A stretch of 64,000 bases of DNA, from assembly GCF_006345805.1 (NCBI RefSeq), contig NC_042997.1, positions 152,582,001 to 152,646,000 of the forward strand, written 5' to 3'. Positions within the stretch are counted from its first letter, which is position 1. Each line of letters starts with the position of its first letter. The translations under genes and the position numbers were made by a program. The notes below the pieces were generated by a model. The model did no database searches, had not been told where the DNA came from, and was given only the letters and a program-made list of their open reading frames with translations. Source of the DNA: Octopus sinensis (taxonomy: Eukaryota). This document shows, piece after piece, positions 1 through 13,312 of this stretch.

Positions 1-894
1 AAAAGTATTGTTGTCTATTTATTTACTGAAATCAATTTATAATTAATATATTGAAAATAAATGTAGTTTTGATAATAGGGATATCTCTGAATATAACATT
101 TCCGTATATGAAGTAAATCAAATTCTTTTATTGTCTTAAACGTGGAGAAGTGGCTACTTTTCCTGATCAACAGCTGCAAAAGAGTTGCGTTGTGTGGCGA
201 GTGACGTTTTATCTCAGGAGGAAATTGAAATGATTCGTTGAGTTGAGTAATTTTGTTCTAAACGTTCATCGTGTGATCTTCTATTATTTATCTATTCTGA
301 ATTAGCTAATTACAATTTCTACAGCATATTTTTTTTCAGCTAGATCAAACTAAATTTGCACATAAAAATATACAATTTTTAGATTTCTTGAATTAGAAAC
401 TAGCATAATTCTTCGATTGTAATTGAAATGAAGAAAGTTAATGAGGAAAAATCTTAATTATTACTTGAAATGAAATATTTGTGAATATGAGCCAAACCAG
501 TTTAAAGGATCTGCACTAACAAATCAGGCAAGTTATAAAACTAATGAATATAAGGATTTTAAACTGAAGCCATCTATAATTTTATAATATTTTATGATGT
601 TTTATATTTTCAGATGCGTTACTATAACATTATTGCGAATCTCTGTCAGAATGTGAAACATTAAATATATTGCTCAAGCGATAACACAGAAATACAATGA
701 AAATTTGTTGTTTTCAACGTATATTAAATCAATAGCATGCTAGTTTGATGCAACCTGTTATCTTCAATCCTCTGATGAAGTGTAACTTTCCTGGTGTGAA
801 ACAGAATTACATAACATGTATAATAGTTCTACATGCAATGCCGGTATAAAATTTATTGTGTGAGCAGTTACAGAAAATTGAAGCATTAAATAAC

Positions 895-1056
895 TGTTTC
901 AAATTGTAACACAGGGCCAACATCAGGGTAGGAGTATAGTCGATTACATCGTTCACGGTGTTTGACTGGTACCTTATAATATCGGCTCCGAAGGGATAAA
1001 AGTTGACCTCAGCAGGGTTTGAACTGAGAACGTAAAGAGCTGGAAGAAATGCCGCT
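895..1056 (-). mobile_element. Degenerate SINE family B fragment
   Basis: Reverse complement matches the body of the copy at 7997-8226 (gcggcatttc...ttacgttctcagttcaaa...gaggtcaac...gtaccagt...gatgtaatcgact). Confidence 0.6.
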
Positions 1057-3380
1057 AAGTTAAAGTTAAATTGGAAGGGCAACACAACAGACTGGTCAGA
1101 TTTCTGGCGTAAAGATCAGTATGTTAATGTCTATAGGAAAACGTGATTGTTAAATGAATCCGAAGTCTGCTCCGAAATTTTCAACCGAGAGAACTCCCTT
1201 AACGGCTGCTATGATAAAATGAGCAGTGCGTGACGTTTTCAAATGCATTTTAGTTTGTGTATAAAACACTTTACTTCTGTTAAAATATTTGTTTTTCGCT
1301 GAAAAGACAGCTTTGCCATTTTTTTCATCCATTATTTATTTCTTGCTTTATTACTATCTTTATATTATGTTTTCTACAAGACAAAAAGACCATTCGCGAA
1401 ACATGGCTGTTTTAAAGCTGTAATACAAAAGAATATCTTCATCTGGTTGAAATGAAAGAGTTAACATTTGTTTGTAAAGATAACGTGTAAACATTATGAG
1501 GGTGGTTGGTCGACAGCAAATGTATTTCAGTTCATTCATTCTCATCGAGTAAACTTTAAATGTTGAATTATTCGTTTTATTTGGCTGTTTTATGAACGTT
1601 TTAATTCTCTGTATTTAGTTTGTTTTCATGTACAAGTATTATGAGAATATTTGTATTTTCAGGTGTCTTTCTGTCTTTCTTTGTCGTTATTTCTATTAAA
1701 TATTTCTCTTATTCATAGCCAAATATTATGTTCGTTTTTTTTCTATTTTCAAGTCTGACAGCTGCTTGTTAGACAACAAAACAGCCAATTGCTGTCTTCA
1801 TAGTATCTATGTATGTAAAAGCAGCTTGAGCAATTTCATATAACATAATCTGCTTTTAATGATATTTTTGTTACTGTTTCTTGATTTCTTCTACTTTTAG
1901 TAGATTAATTCTGCTTTGTCATTTTATATTGGGTTCACCTTGGCGTGGTAATAACAGAGTTATGCAAAAAGGGACTGACTTACATTGTGGCTTTTATGAC
2001 TATTTCCACATGTCAGGCCTCATTCAACTAAAATAAGATCAAAGTTACTGTAACCGTGGCCAACCTGTTTCAGAAATTTTGTATCGAGAACTAGATAATT
2101 CTTTTGACCTTCTTTCATAAGAAGGAAGGCATAATTTGAAGCAGATTTGGTTGTTATTTCTAATAAGTACAGTGAGATCACAGATGCATCTTTATTAACA
2201 CAAAATCTGCGGTGTATCACACAGAACAGGACTTAAGTTCAGCAAAAGAAACTATAATAACATTCGATATTTACATGGTGCTCTCTGCCACCAGTACCGC
2301 AGTACATCTATCTAAGGTTTCGATAGGTTGGTTAGTGATATACAAATATATGAATTTCAAGCTAACCTTTCTACAGTTGCATTGAAAGTCTAGTAATCCC
2401 TGTCTGGAGCTGTAGTTAACTTCCATCTAATTTGAAAAGCAACTTCTCTACAAGAAATAGTAAATTCCCTACATTTTATTATCAAATAAAAGAAGAGAAG
2501 CCCGGATCTAAATTTAAGAACCATTACCTCTAGCTTAGAAGCATCCCTGTAAAATAATTTAGTATTTTCTTTTTCAAATCCTAAAACCTATGCTCTGAAC
2601 GTTTCCCGATAGCTCAGCAGTTCAAATGAGGTCATCAAATGGCTCTGCCAAATCGAACACGAAACCCTTCGACCTCGATGTTCTGTCTCTCTCAGCATCT
2701 CGGTACTTCCCCACCCAGTTGATGAATGACTATTCGACTGCATCGGATCCTCCTATCTGTACTCCCCCGGTTTCACCACATCTAATAATATATCAAGTCG
2801 TAGACATATATTTCATTTTTCTTAATCAAAACTTCAAACGAACGCCAGACTCATCCACGAGTTCTAGTCTGATACGTGTACAGGCCATCACTTATACACA
2901 GACCCGTTAGAACACCTACCACTCCTATACCTTCTTTAACAAAATTGTATTTGACCGCAGAAGATGTAATTCTGGACACCCCGAGACATTAGTTTCCTCT
3001 CTTTCTCTCGCTCTCCCCCTCTATCTCTCTTTCCTTTACTCTCAACTTAAAATCACCGAGGAAATGACTTCAACATTAAATTCTACTGGGAATTATGTTG
3101 CAAACATCTATTCGTCAACTACAGATCAACTTTTCTCATTAGTGCTAAAGCCTGGTGCCAAGAAAAGGCACAGAAGAAACGGCTCAGCGACAATCGACAA
3201 CAGAAACATAACCACGCTAGTCAGTGACCCATCTACAACACAAACACGTGCCTATTTACTCACGTAATGTATCAGTCCCAGTGACTAAAACACACCGAAT
3301 GTCACACCAACAGTACGATTTGGTCACTAGGTATCCTTATCAAAAGAGTATCTTAAGACAAGCGCATCACCTTTATTATC

Positions 3381-3594
3381 TCTTTTACTTGTTTCAGTCA
3401 TTTGACTGCAGCCATGCTGGAGCACCGCCTTTAGTCGAGCAAATCGACCCCAGGACTTATTCTTTGTAAGCCTAGTACTTATTCTTTCGGTCTCTTTTGC
3501 CGAACCGCTAAGATACGAAGACGTAAAAACACCAGCATCGGCTGTCAAGCGATGTTGGGGAGGGGGGACAAACACAGACACACAAACATACACA

Positions 3595-3664
<70 letters not shown>

Positions 3665-3835
3665 CATATATACGACGGGCTTCTTTCAGTTTCCGTCTAC
3701 CAAATCCACTCACAAGGATTTGGTCGGCCCGAGTCTATAGTAGAAGACACTTGCCCAAGATGCCACGCAGTGGGACTGAACCCGGAACCATGTGGTTGGT
3801 AAACAAGCTACCTGCCACACAGTTACTCCTACGCC
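3381..3835 (-). mobile_element. tRNA-derived SINE family A, near full length, with internal (CA)n/(TA)n
   Basis: Colinear reverse complement of 17516-17952; head ggcgtaggagt..., B-box-like GTTCCGGGTTCAGTCCC, tail ...gactgaaacaagtaaaaga. Confidence 0.85.
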
Positions 3836-4192
3836 TATAAAAATAAAATCACAAACAACACAGAAAAATTAATAAAATTAGTGCAGTTTCCATTACAGCT
3901 ACAGATCGTAATATTGGTAATCTGTGAGTATTGATATTACGGTATTCCGAATAAAAAAATAAAAAAATATCCAGTCACCAATAGTCTACAATTCATAAAT
4001 AGTTTTTATGAATTACATGACTGAGAAAAGTTATTCCAATTCCTCTCGCTCACATTATTACAATCGGACACGGACGGTTAATAGAGTATAAATTCACACC
4101 CCTAAATTTCTACTTTTCAAACGTGGTAATTTTAATATGGATTCCATAGACCAACACTTAGATTCGATATGCCAACCAAATGAATAGGTAAC

Positions 4193-4193
<1 letters not shown>

Positions 4194-4274
<81 letters not shown>
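4194..4274. repeat. (CT)n microsatellite
   Basis: About 40 perfect CT units, read directly. Confidence 0.95.
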
Positions 4275-4277
<3 letters not shown>

Positions 4278-4465
4278 GTTCCTAAAAGATGTTGTAACGG
4301 AGTTTTTAATTTGAAATATCAGGACGAATGAAATATTTCTATGATATAATTTCAATATTTTTGCTATTAATAGCTTTGATTTTTAACGTTTATTTCGCGT
4401 TGCTACTACCTTCTCCCTTACACTCCCACTTCTCTCTCTCGCTCTCCCTCTTACACACACATACA

Positions 4466-4788
4466 CACACGCACACACAGAGGCACACACAAACACATAT
4501 ATATGGGGTGTGGTTGAGCTGTTCACTTAGCTGCAAAATAGCTTCGGGTTTTGATCTCGCTTCGAGCTTAAATGTGCAAGTTTTACAACAGTGTCACATG
4601 CTAACCAAAGTTTTGTGCGTGAACGCCGGTTATGTGTGTGTGTATGTGTGTATATATATGATGTGTGTGGAGAGTGTGTACATATATATATATGTGTGTG
4701 TGTGTGTATGTGTGTATGTGTGTGTGTGCGTGCGTGTATGTCTATATATGTGCATGCTTGTGTATATATGTGTGTGTACCTGTATGTG

Positions 4789-4823
<35 letters not shown>

Positions 4824-4830
4824 ACATGAA
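4466..4830. repeat. Compound (CA)n/(TG)n/(TA)n microsatellite cluster
   Basis: Read directly; explains the HT/CV/YI-rich ORFs. Confidence 0.9.
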
Positions 4831-5589
4831 TATAAATGTGTATATGTTTGTCTTTTGTTTATATTCACACCGGTTCTTAAAATACCATGTTTATGTTGTA
4901 ACCTTCTGTGTCATCACTCTTAGAGATTCGACAGCGATGTATATCAAACCAGGCTGACATAACCACTTGAGATGATTAGATCAATGAAACCCTTGAAGCA
5001 GTGCTCCAGTATGGTCGACATGCAATATATTTAAACCTGAAAAAATAAGTAAGAATAAAGTTATGTGCACAAGACAACATTGTTTCAGTTGAGAAAAACA
5101 TCATTAAATATGAATAATTAGATCTAACATTAATTAAAACTGATAGAAGACTTAAAATATTCATAGAGTCCGTTTATATAAAAAGACTAGAAATAAGAGC
5201 AAATTACTTCAAATTGCTTTGAACAATAGCAATTTTAACAAAATCCTGAAATAACTGTATTAGGTAAGTAATCGGATAAATATCTTAAGCCATATAATCT
5301 CTTCTATTTCTTATAATATAATTACACTGACGCTGTAACTAAGTTACGGTTAATACATTTAACAGAGTGAATCGAAACAAGTTAGCTGGAAATAACTACG
5401 TATCGAGGAAAAACTATTAATCGATGACTGATATTTTCATTTCTTTTGGCTAGTACGCGAGACAGTTCGATCACGTTTTAGTATTATTCTGCCCTCCGCG
5501 GCGAAGGTTATGCTTCACTGATGGGATGAAATAAATCATTAGGCTCAAACATAATCTTGTGTTTAAGACGATTGTTTCGTTAGTATATA

Positions 5590-6442
5590 CATGGTCTGAT
5601 CAATAAGTATCAAGACAGTTGTCATAGTAACGAAGCTAAAGGACGCAGAGTGAAGTCACTTGACACAGATTGACCTTGAAACCCTGCTGTGCATGCGCAT
5701 AGTTTTAACGTTCTATCCAGCTTCCGCTGTTTACAGCAGTGCTTGGAAGGAACGTGTGTAGCGATTGATCGTCGCACTGGCCATGAATCTGCATCCAATT
5801 TAGCCAAAAGCTTGGCGATACCTGCTCAGCAGCCTACTCAAAGTTGCAGAAAGTATATGGAGTGTGTGAGCCGAAAACATGTCAATAGTGACGAACATTT
5901 TGGGAGGCCTGCAAGCAACAGAATTGAGGAAAACGTCGTAGATGTGCGAGCAGCTGTGAGGAGAAATCGTCGAATCACCATCCATGAGTTATTAGAGGAT
6001 GTGCAGATTAGTTACGGTTCAGTTCAGTTCATTATCACTAAAAATTTTCGTATGAGACGTGTGTCTGTCAAGTTTGTGTCAAATCTGCTATCAGCTGTCA
6101 TTGTACCCACCCATTCAGCGCAGCAGTTTTTGGCTAAATACAGCATTCCCTAGGTCCGACAGCCACCGTATTGCCCAGATCTCACCTCTTGCGACTTTTT
6201 CCTCTTACCAAAAATCAAATCCCGCTTGAAAGGAAGAAGGTTTTAGGACGTCGAGGAAATCAAAGTGATCGCAACGAGCCAGCTGCTGATTATCCCAGAA
6301 AACAAATTCCAGGAACGCTTCCATCAATGGAAACAGCGCTAGACTAAGTGTGTGGCTTCCGAAGGAGATTAAATGTCAGATTGGTACGTGCTGTAGTTTT
6401 GTTTTTATAGCACTAGACCGGATACTTATTGATCAGGTCTCG
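5590..6442 (+). mobile_element. Mariner (Tc1/mariner) DNA transposon, internally deleted
   Basis: About 27-bp TIRs (catggtctgatcaataagtatcaagac / gaccggatacttattgatcaggtctcg), each flanked by TA (5588-89, 6443-44); 853 bp versus about 1.3 kb for a full mariner. Confidence 0.9.
5689..6372 (+). pseudogene. Mariner transposase pseudogene
   Basis: HTH region GRP...RRITIHEL; WVP-equivalent KFVSNLL; PPYCPDLTSCDFFL (YSPDLAPxD motif); in-frame stops; deletion near 6095-6105 removes the first two catalytic Asp regions. Confidence 0.85.
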
Positions 6443-6594
6443 TAGTTTTCAGTTTTGTTTCACTTTGGGAGACCATTGACAAATGATTCCTTGAGTTGAT
6501 TAATATCATGCGAGTAGTATTTCTTAGACGGAGACTATTAGGAAACTCAACATACATGTATTCACATACATTCGTACGTATATGATTTATTATC

Positions 6595-6785
6595 TTTTTA
6601 TCTACTTCTTTCAGTCACTTGACTACAGCCATGCTATGACACCGCCTGGACGGGTTTTCGTCGAACAAATCGACCCCAGGATTTATTTGTTTATTTTTTA
6701 AAGTCTAGTGCTTATTCTATAGCTCTACTTTGCCGAACCACCAATTTACAAAGACGTAAACACTGCAACACCGGTTTGTTTCGCA
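6595..6785 (-). mobile_element. SINE family A 3' half, degenerate
   Basis: Matches the family A tail (cagccatgct...caaatcgaccccagg...ttgccgaacc). Confidence 0.6.
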
Positions 6786-6880
6786 GCCACGACCGGACAT
6801 ATATATGTGTGCTTCTTTTGAACTATCAGTCCCAGCAATGGTTATATAGATGTGTGTGTGTGTGTGTGTGAGTGTGGGTG

Positions 6881-6921
<41 letters not shown>

Positions 6922-7996
6922 TTGGGGAAACTCTAAGCATATAAAGCTAGAAATAATAGCATGCACATATTGGATTAAAAACCGGTTTCGGGTTTCGATA
7001 GAAAAAGTCGGTGGTTGCCCGTGGGACGCGAACACGGGCTGTTTTTTCCCCCTTATTTCTGTCTAAAAAGAGTTTGCAAACCTAATATTTACATGCTATT
7101 ATTTATAACTTTATATGTACTTCGAGATTCAATTCCAAAACAGAATTATTTCATATTCTCTCAAAAATTTATTAATAGTTATGGCGTTAAATTAGAGTTA
7201 AGATATCTAATGCAGGGATCATCATAAAGCTAACTTTATATAACTATGCCATGAGAAAAGAAAGCAATATTACTGAATCATTAATATTATTCTTTATATA
7301 TCGGGTAGTACAGGAAACAATTCGGTTTTACCAAGAATTGCCAAACTAATAATATGACAACAACCTCTTTCATATATCACACAGTTTAATAACTATTCCT
7401 TAATCTCTAGGCCTATCTGCTTAAGCTGTATATATAATCTTTGACATGACTCCATCGATGTCAGTTATTTGTATTATTCAGTAGTGGTTTGGGCAAAATT
7501 TTCTTACTTGGAGATCGATACTACTTAGCCAAAAAGCGTATGATAACGCAGCGCGTTATATACGCTTGTGAGTATCTGTGCGCTCGTTCAACCTATTGAA
7601 AATATGTCAAACCACACAATATTGTCTTAAAACACAGAAAAAAATGGATAATGTACTTCTGGATAGACTATGCTTAAGAAAAAGCAAAAAAAACTGGTAG
7701 GGTTAAATGCTTTTGATCATATATATCTCTTGACCCGAAAACTGGCCATGAGTTAAACAGTAATAACAACACCAACAGCAATATTCCGAACCTGTGAAGC
7801 ATGCCGTTAGTGAACGATAGTTAACTGGTCAACACGTATTTCATTTGTTTAGCTGTAATGTTTCAACAACGCACATAACTGAAATGTATTTTAATTCCAC
7901 ATGCATGCCCGTGCACGCATACATACTCACACACTCATAAACACGTACGCACATGTATTCGTCTAACATAAATGATACATAAATTTTACTAAGCAA

Positions 7997-8226
7997 GGCG
8001 GCAAGCTGGCAGAAACGTTAGCATGCCGGGCGAAATGCGTAGCCGTATTTCGCCTGCCGTTACGTTCTGAGTTCAAATTCTGCCGAGGTCGACTTTGCCT
8101 TTCATCCTTTCGGGGTCGATAAATTAAGTACCAGTTACGCACTGGGGTTGATGTAATCGACTTAATCCGTTTGTCTGTCCTTGTTTGTCCCCTCTATGTT
8201 TAGCCCCTTGTGGGTAATAAAGAAAC
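7997..8226 (+). mobile_element. tRNA-derived SINE family B, full length
   Basis: Head ggcggcaagctggcagaaacgttagc (A-box-like), gagttcaaattc (B-box-like), tail ggtaataaagaaa; near-identical copies at 30046 and 50484. Confidence 0.85.
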
Positions 8227-8610
8227 AGATACATAAATATTACTAAGCTCACTCTTAATAATTATTCCAGTAAGCTACGCACACCACCTACAACTTATTA
8301 AAACAGTGCCATACAAAATCATTAGATGAGAGGACACTTCAGTGTATTCCTCATATTACGTTGTGAGTTACATTTAACCAAGAACAATAACCATGCTGGA
8401 AATTTGAGCTTAAGGTACACCGAATATTGCAATTCTTGCATGCTGGTTCTAAAACAATACAGTTAACATTCAAATTTACATAATCGTTTTCCAATTAAAC
8501 ATACTTTAAATTCTAAACCATATGAATAAGTTCACAGTATCAAGCTCCTTGAACTGCTTCGGTTATTTCTTTTTATTCCTCACACCTTGTAACTACAAAT
8601 ATATGACAAA

Positions 8611-9306
8611 CTAGCTGAGGTATCCGGTAATAAATTACCATTAATAAGACGTCTGTTTATAGCCATGAAACATTTTTCGTTGAATTTCGACATTTTTCAA
8701 AATTTAAAATCTGTATTAATGGGTAGGACTATTTTGACGAAAAAAATGAGCAGAGTCTGGTAGCGAACTCGTGTCGTCGTCACTTTTGTGCATGTGCGTA
8801 AAATGGTGAAATTTTACGCTTTGGGGCAGATTTCCTCAAATTGATGTCACGACGGCTAGTGCGCAAAATGCCTAAATTGTGCTTGAGAAATAAAATGCTC
8901 ATACCTAATCAAAACCTGCACCGCTGGGGAATTAAAACAACGAATTGAAATAAGTTTTAGCAAATCAAAACAATTTGCATGGGAACGAAGAATTAGCAAT
9001 TGCTAAATAGATTACCATTAATAAGCTATCTGTTTAAACCCATGAAACATTTTTCGTCAAATTTCGGCATTTTTCGTCTAATTGATATCATGGTGGCTAG
9101 TGCAGAAAATGTTGAAATTTTACGATTTTGAAAAATTAATGCTGATTAAAAATCGATTTTTTTAAAGATTCCAAGTGCGTAAGTGACCGCATGGGTATTA
9201 TCCCCCCCCCCACGTGTCCAATTTCATCAAGGTCTGTTGGATAGTGCTCGGAGGAGTTAAAGTAACAAATTCACAAACACACAAACTTGCCATTTATTAT
9301 TAAAGA
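8611..9306 (-). mobile_element. Non-autonomous Helitron-like element (696 bp)
   Basis: Minus strand begins A|TC (9306-9305) and ends ...CCGGATACCTCAGCTAG|T (8611); 5' region resembles the 5' end of the large Helitron (acaaactgcc-type motif); internal about 65-bp direct repeat at 8635-8698 and 9011-9076. Confidence 0.7.
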
Positions 9307-11419
9307 TCATCATTCAATTCACCTCCAACCAACTACTCATCATCCTTCTATCTGTTACAGCCTTCAGTGAAATAGGGACAAAAATCACCTTCGCAAATTT
9401 CAAAATTCTCATGGGGAAACACTTTTGATGAAAGACAAAATTATAGTTCACAGAATTCAGTAGCAACAAAACCACAAACAAAAATACACTGCACATAATA
9501 TATTTGTTCCACAGTCATGACGTCCTGAGTATGAGTTTACTCTGTTTCTTCTCAGGAAAGTATTTATCAACATTGCCTCGGGGCAGCCTCAACTTGTGAG
9601 TAAAATTCAGTTGACAGAAACTGCATAGAAGTCTGTTGGAGAAAGTGGACCTGTAATTCAAAGAGAATTACGTTAGGGTGCCTGTGAAATGTTCACCCAC
9701 TTAGACGCTAATTCAACGAACTAGTAGTTTAATTCATTGACGGTGATCCATTTTTCAGTTAGCATATTCTTAAATAAAGCAACATATTTCGAATTTATGG
9801 AAGAATCAGAGGAAGTAGAGCGGTAACTTGTGGGCCCTTTTAAAAACTTCTAAGATTACTGGAAGAAAAGAAGAAAAAAATCACGGAACAAAATTCTCTT
9901 CAGATCAAGGACCTGATCTGCATACTTGTGATTACGTGGTATTTACTAAAGAAATCAAAACATTATTATTAGTCTCAAGCCGTGTGACGGGTGAGATATA
10001 CCAAGTTTAAAAAGTGGAAACAATTCATTTGATGAAATTCAGAACAGTTTCCCTCTACCTCATACCACGCACAAAACACATGTAAAACCTAGGCTATGGT
10101 TGCAGATGGTTACTCATGGATTTTGCTGTGAGATCGAAACCGGAACCTCAAAATTGCATAAAGAACCTCTTGTCCAGACGGCAATCGTACTCTGTCCAGT
10201 TAAACTAAAATCACACATCACAACTGAAATAGCCAACGTAATGGAATCTGAGGACAGTATCAGACCAGACAATATGAGCGACGCACAATCAACATAAATA
10301 ATCATCAACGTGATGCAGCAAATCAAAGAAAAGAATGAACTGATACATATTTGCTGTATCCAACCTAAATCACAATGCAAGCTTCAAAAACACCGCACAA
10401 AGTAATTCACTGAATGAATAACTCTAACTATAACCACACTACTTGACGTTAACTTATTTGTACACCGACTGTGTTCTGAAAGTTGGTTATTCTAAAATCA
10501 CTCACCTACAAAACAATACAAAAAAAGCAGAAACAAAAAACTATATTTTTTCCATCCTGATTATGACACTGACCCTAATGTTCTATCAAATAACAAAACA
10601 AAAAAAAAGAAGAAAAAATGAAAATCCCAAATGCCAAAATTCTCCGGTTGCAATAAAACCGAAAAATATGCTTTGTGTGCTAAAATTCAACTTTACCATC
10701 TTAAAACAGCAATACTGTGGGCTAAGCCTACGCGCCTTTATTGGTCAGATAAAGTTGAGACAGTGTCACGTGACAACTTGCTGAGGCTGCCTGCTGGAGC
10801 CTACGGCAGGTATTTAAAGGAAAACAATTTGACAAGTCAGGCAGTCGCCAGCTGACACTCGTTGACGCTACATCGAAGAGGCCAGGGAATAGAAGAAAGA
10901 AGAAGACATGCACCCAACACCAGAGCTGAAGACACCTCCGAAAGTGGGGGCGCCACGTCAAAACGGTAGAGGAATAGGGGCCGAAACCGGACGTGGTTCC
11001 TCCTGATGATGTCTTGAGCTAACTGGATCCTATAAAGGAGCTGTTGTGGTAACAGACCACGAAACACGGTTGTAATTCCTTCCTTGGAAAGTGCAGTTTT
11101 AGACACGTTATGAAAATTGAAGAGATGTTCGTCGCTCAGACAGTGTTATCCTCGAATAAAACAACAGTTCTCATAATCTGGAGACTAAGTAAAGTAAGAG
11201 TAATTTCGAAAATCAAATGAAAACAGACTCAAACCACCTCCTCACCCTTCAGCACATATCGTAAAATATCTTAGGGAAAGTCATTGTTAACGCCATAACC
11301 TATTTATTCCTCTTTCTAGCTCGCAATATGAATTCAGCATATTACAGTCATTCATCACACTTCATAAATCTTACACAAATATAATATGGCTGTTTGGCTG
11401 TTTCAGTAGCAAACTCACT

Positions 11420-11700
11420 CTCATAATCTTCCTGAACAACATCAGCATCAGCAAAGCATTTGACTACATTGCAGCCCACTACACAAAGTATTCTTCACAC
11501 TAATCCCAAACTCTCAAGTTACTACGAATATGCAGAATGCAATAATAGCAAATTAAGAATATGTGATTTCTCAAACTGTGTGCTCTAAGAATCTACTCAC
11601 TCATCCGCTTTTAGCAATTTATGACTCAACAGTGAATATATACAGATGACATTGCAGTTACTGACTCTTACCATTTCTAACCATACAGTTGTACTTAGAA
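11420..11700 (+). pseudogene. Highly decayed LINE reverse-transcriptase remnant
   Basis: ISKAFD at 11447-11464 and YTDDIAV at 11639-11659, in RT order; many stops and shortened spacing. Confidence 0.45.
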
Positions 11701-11989
11701 GCCTAATTACAAAAATATTAACTAAAAATGGCCATCTATCAAATCCGGACTTTCACATACTACCTGTAATGGAGACAAGCAATCAACAGATTCAGTAAAA
11801 TAAACATGCCCCGCAAACACGTAATGCAAGAATACGAAGAATTACATCACGTTTATTACAAACGATGCAATGGCATACTTGGAACTAAATGTTCGCAAAC
11901 ACATTTGGTCAGAACAGAGAAGCAACAATATTAATATATGAACAGGTACTATATACATCATGGGCCACAAGATGGTACAATCGTCAGTG

Positions 11990-12180
11990 TGATGAGTAAA
12001 ACGCTTAGCGGCCTTACTTCCGGTTCTTTACGTTCTGGTACAAATCCCACTGTGGTCGACTTTGCCTTTCATCCTTTTGAGGTCAATACAATATACTACC
12101 CATCAAGTTCTGGGGGTCGATGTAGACGACTAAGCCCACCCCCTTAAAACAGCTGTCCTTCTGCCAAAATTTAAAACCAT
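11990..12180 (+). mobile_element. SINE family B, degenerate
   Basis: gcttagcggc...gtcgactttgcctttcatcc...gatgtagacgact. Confidence 0.55.
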
Positions 12181-13199
12181 TATGCCATGAATCAACCTGC
12201 CTATAGTGCCTATCTCACCACGAATTATAAAGGATACGCAATAAAATCCATCAAAATATTTTTTAATGTATCATGACGTGTAAAACAATTTTCTTTCACT
12301 GCATCACGTTTCAATTCTCAATCTAAGCTAATACATCTAAAGCCACCTACAACAGAGGATGTAAACTACGGCCCACATATGAAATTCAGGTCATAGCTTC
12401 ATTTACCTACTTCGGGCTACCAAATTTAAAAACGTGATGTTGCATATAAACATTCTTTATTTCTATTTTCTTTATCTATCCATGTTGTCCAATAATTAAA
12501 TTCAGTATCGAAACAATAAAATTCTTATTTTTCTGTGACTTCTTGTGAACCAATGTTTTATATTAATACAAAAGGAAACAAAAGAAGATAAAATTCTTTC
12601 ACTTGGTAAAAACTGACAGTATCTTCAGGCGCAACAGTTTAAGCAGTAAAAGCTTTCATTTTCTTGCAAATGAATCCAACATAGCGACTAAACCTCTCAT
12701 ACGTTGTCGCAATATAGCTTACATGTCTAATCGATTCTAAGAAAAAGGACACGGTAAAAATATTTGAGGAAAGTGTGTTGGGCTGTATCACTTTCATCCC
12801 GAAGCCACACTCTCCCCTGTTCAGCCTAACTAAAGATGCTTTAAATTTTTTCTGCATTCAGAGACATAGATAGCATATATCTGCATTTTACATTAACTGA
12901 GTGGCAATTCATTTATTACAATAAATGACGTTTAAAAATAATAAGTTGTTTCTAAAAACTTCTGTAACCAGAGCTCTCTGACTTTGACCCACTATGCATA
13001 AAAATGCATTTCAAATTTGGCTAACTCCAAAAAGAAGACAAATCATGATACCTGATCAACAGCAACTATCTACACTTATTTTCCTAATATAACGCCGTTC
13101 TAAAAACATTTTATCAATGCAATCCAGAATAGCGGCAAGATCAAAAGCCTTATCTTTATTCTGTACGCACCATCATGCATACATATGTACACAACGTAC

Positions 13200-13261
13200 A
13201 TATATACGCACATAACATACATACATACATACATACATACATACATACATACATACATACA

Positions 13262-13295
<34 letters not shown>

Positions 13296-13312
13296 CACAC
13301 GTACATACACAC
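13200..13312. repeat. (ACAT)n tetranucleotide microsatellite
   Basis: Read directly. Confidence 0.9.

Noticed and set aside
1700-2450. Protein-like minus-strand frames (e.g. YAFLLMKEGQKNYLVLDTKFLKQVGHG)
   Set aside because: Frequent stops, no recognisable motif and no splice support.
10920-11000. CTGAAGA followed by GGCCGAAACCGGAC, hammerhead-like
   Set aside because: Helices I and II do not pair and the cleavage triplet is wrong; at best a heavily decayed relic.
12639-12857. ORF containing RLNRGECGFGMKV, superficially like a PDZ domain start
   Set aside because: The rest lacks PDZ features and there are no supporting splice sites; likely chance.
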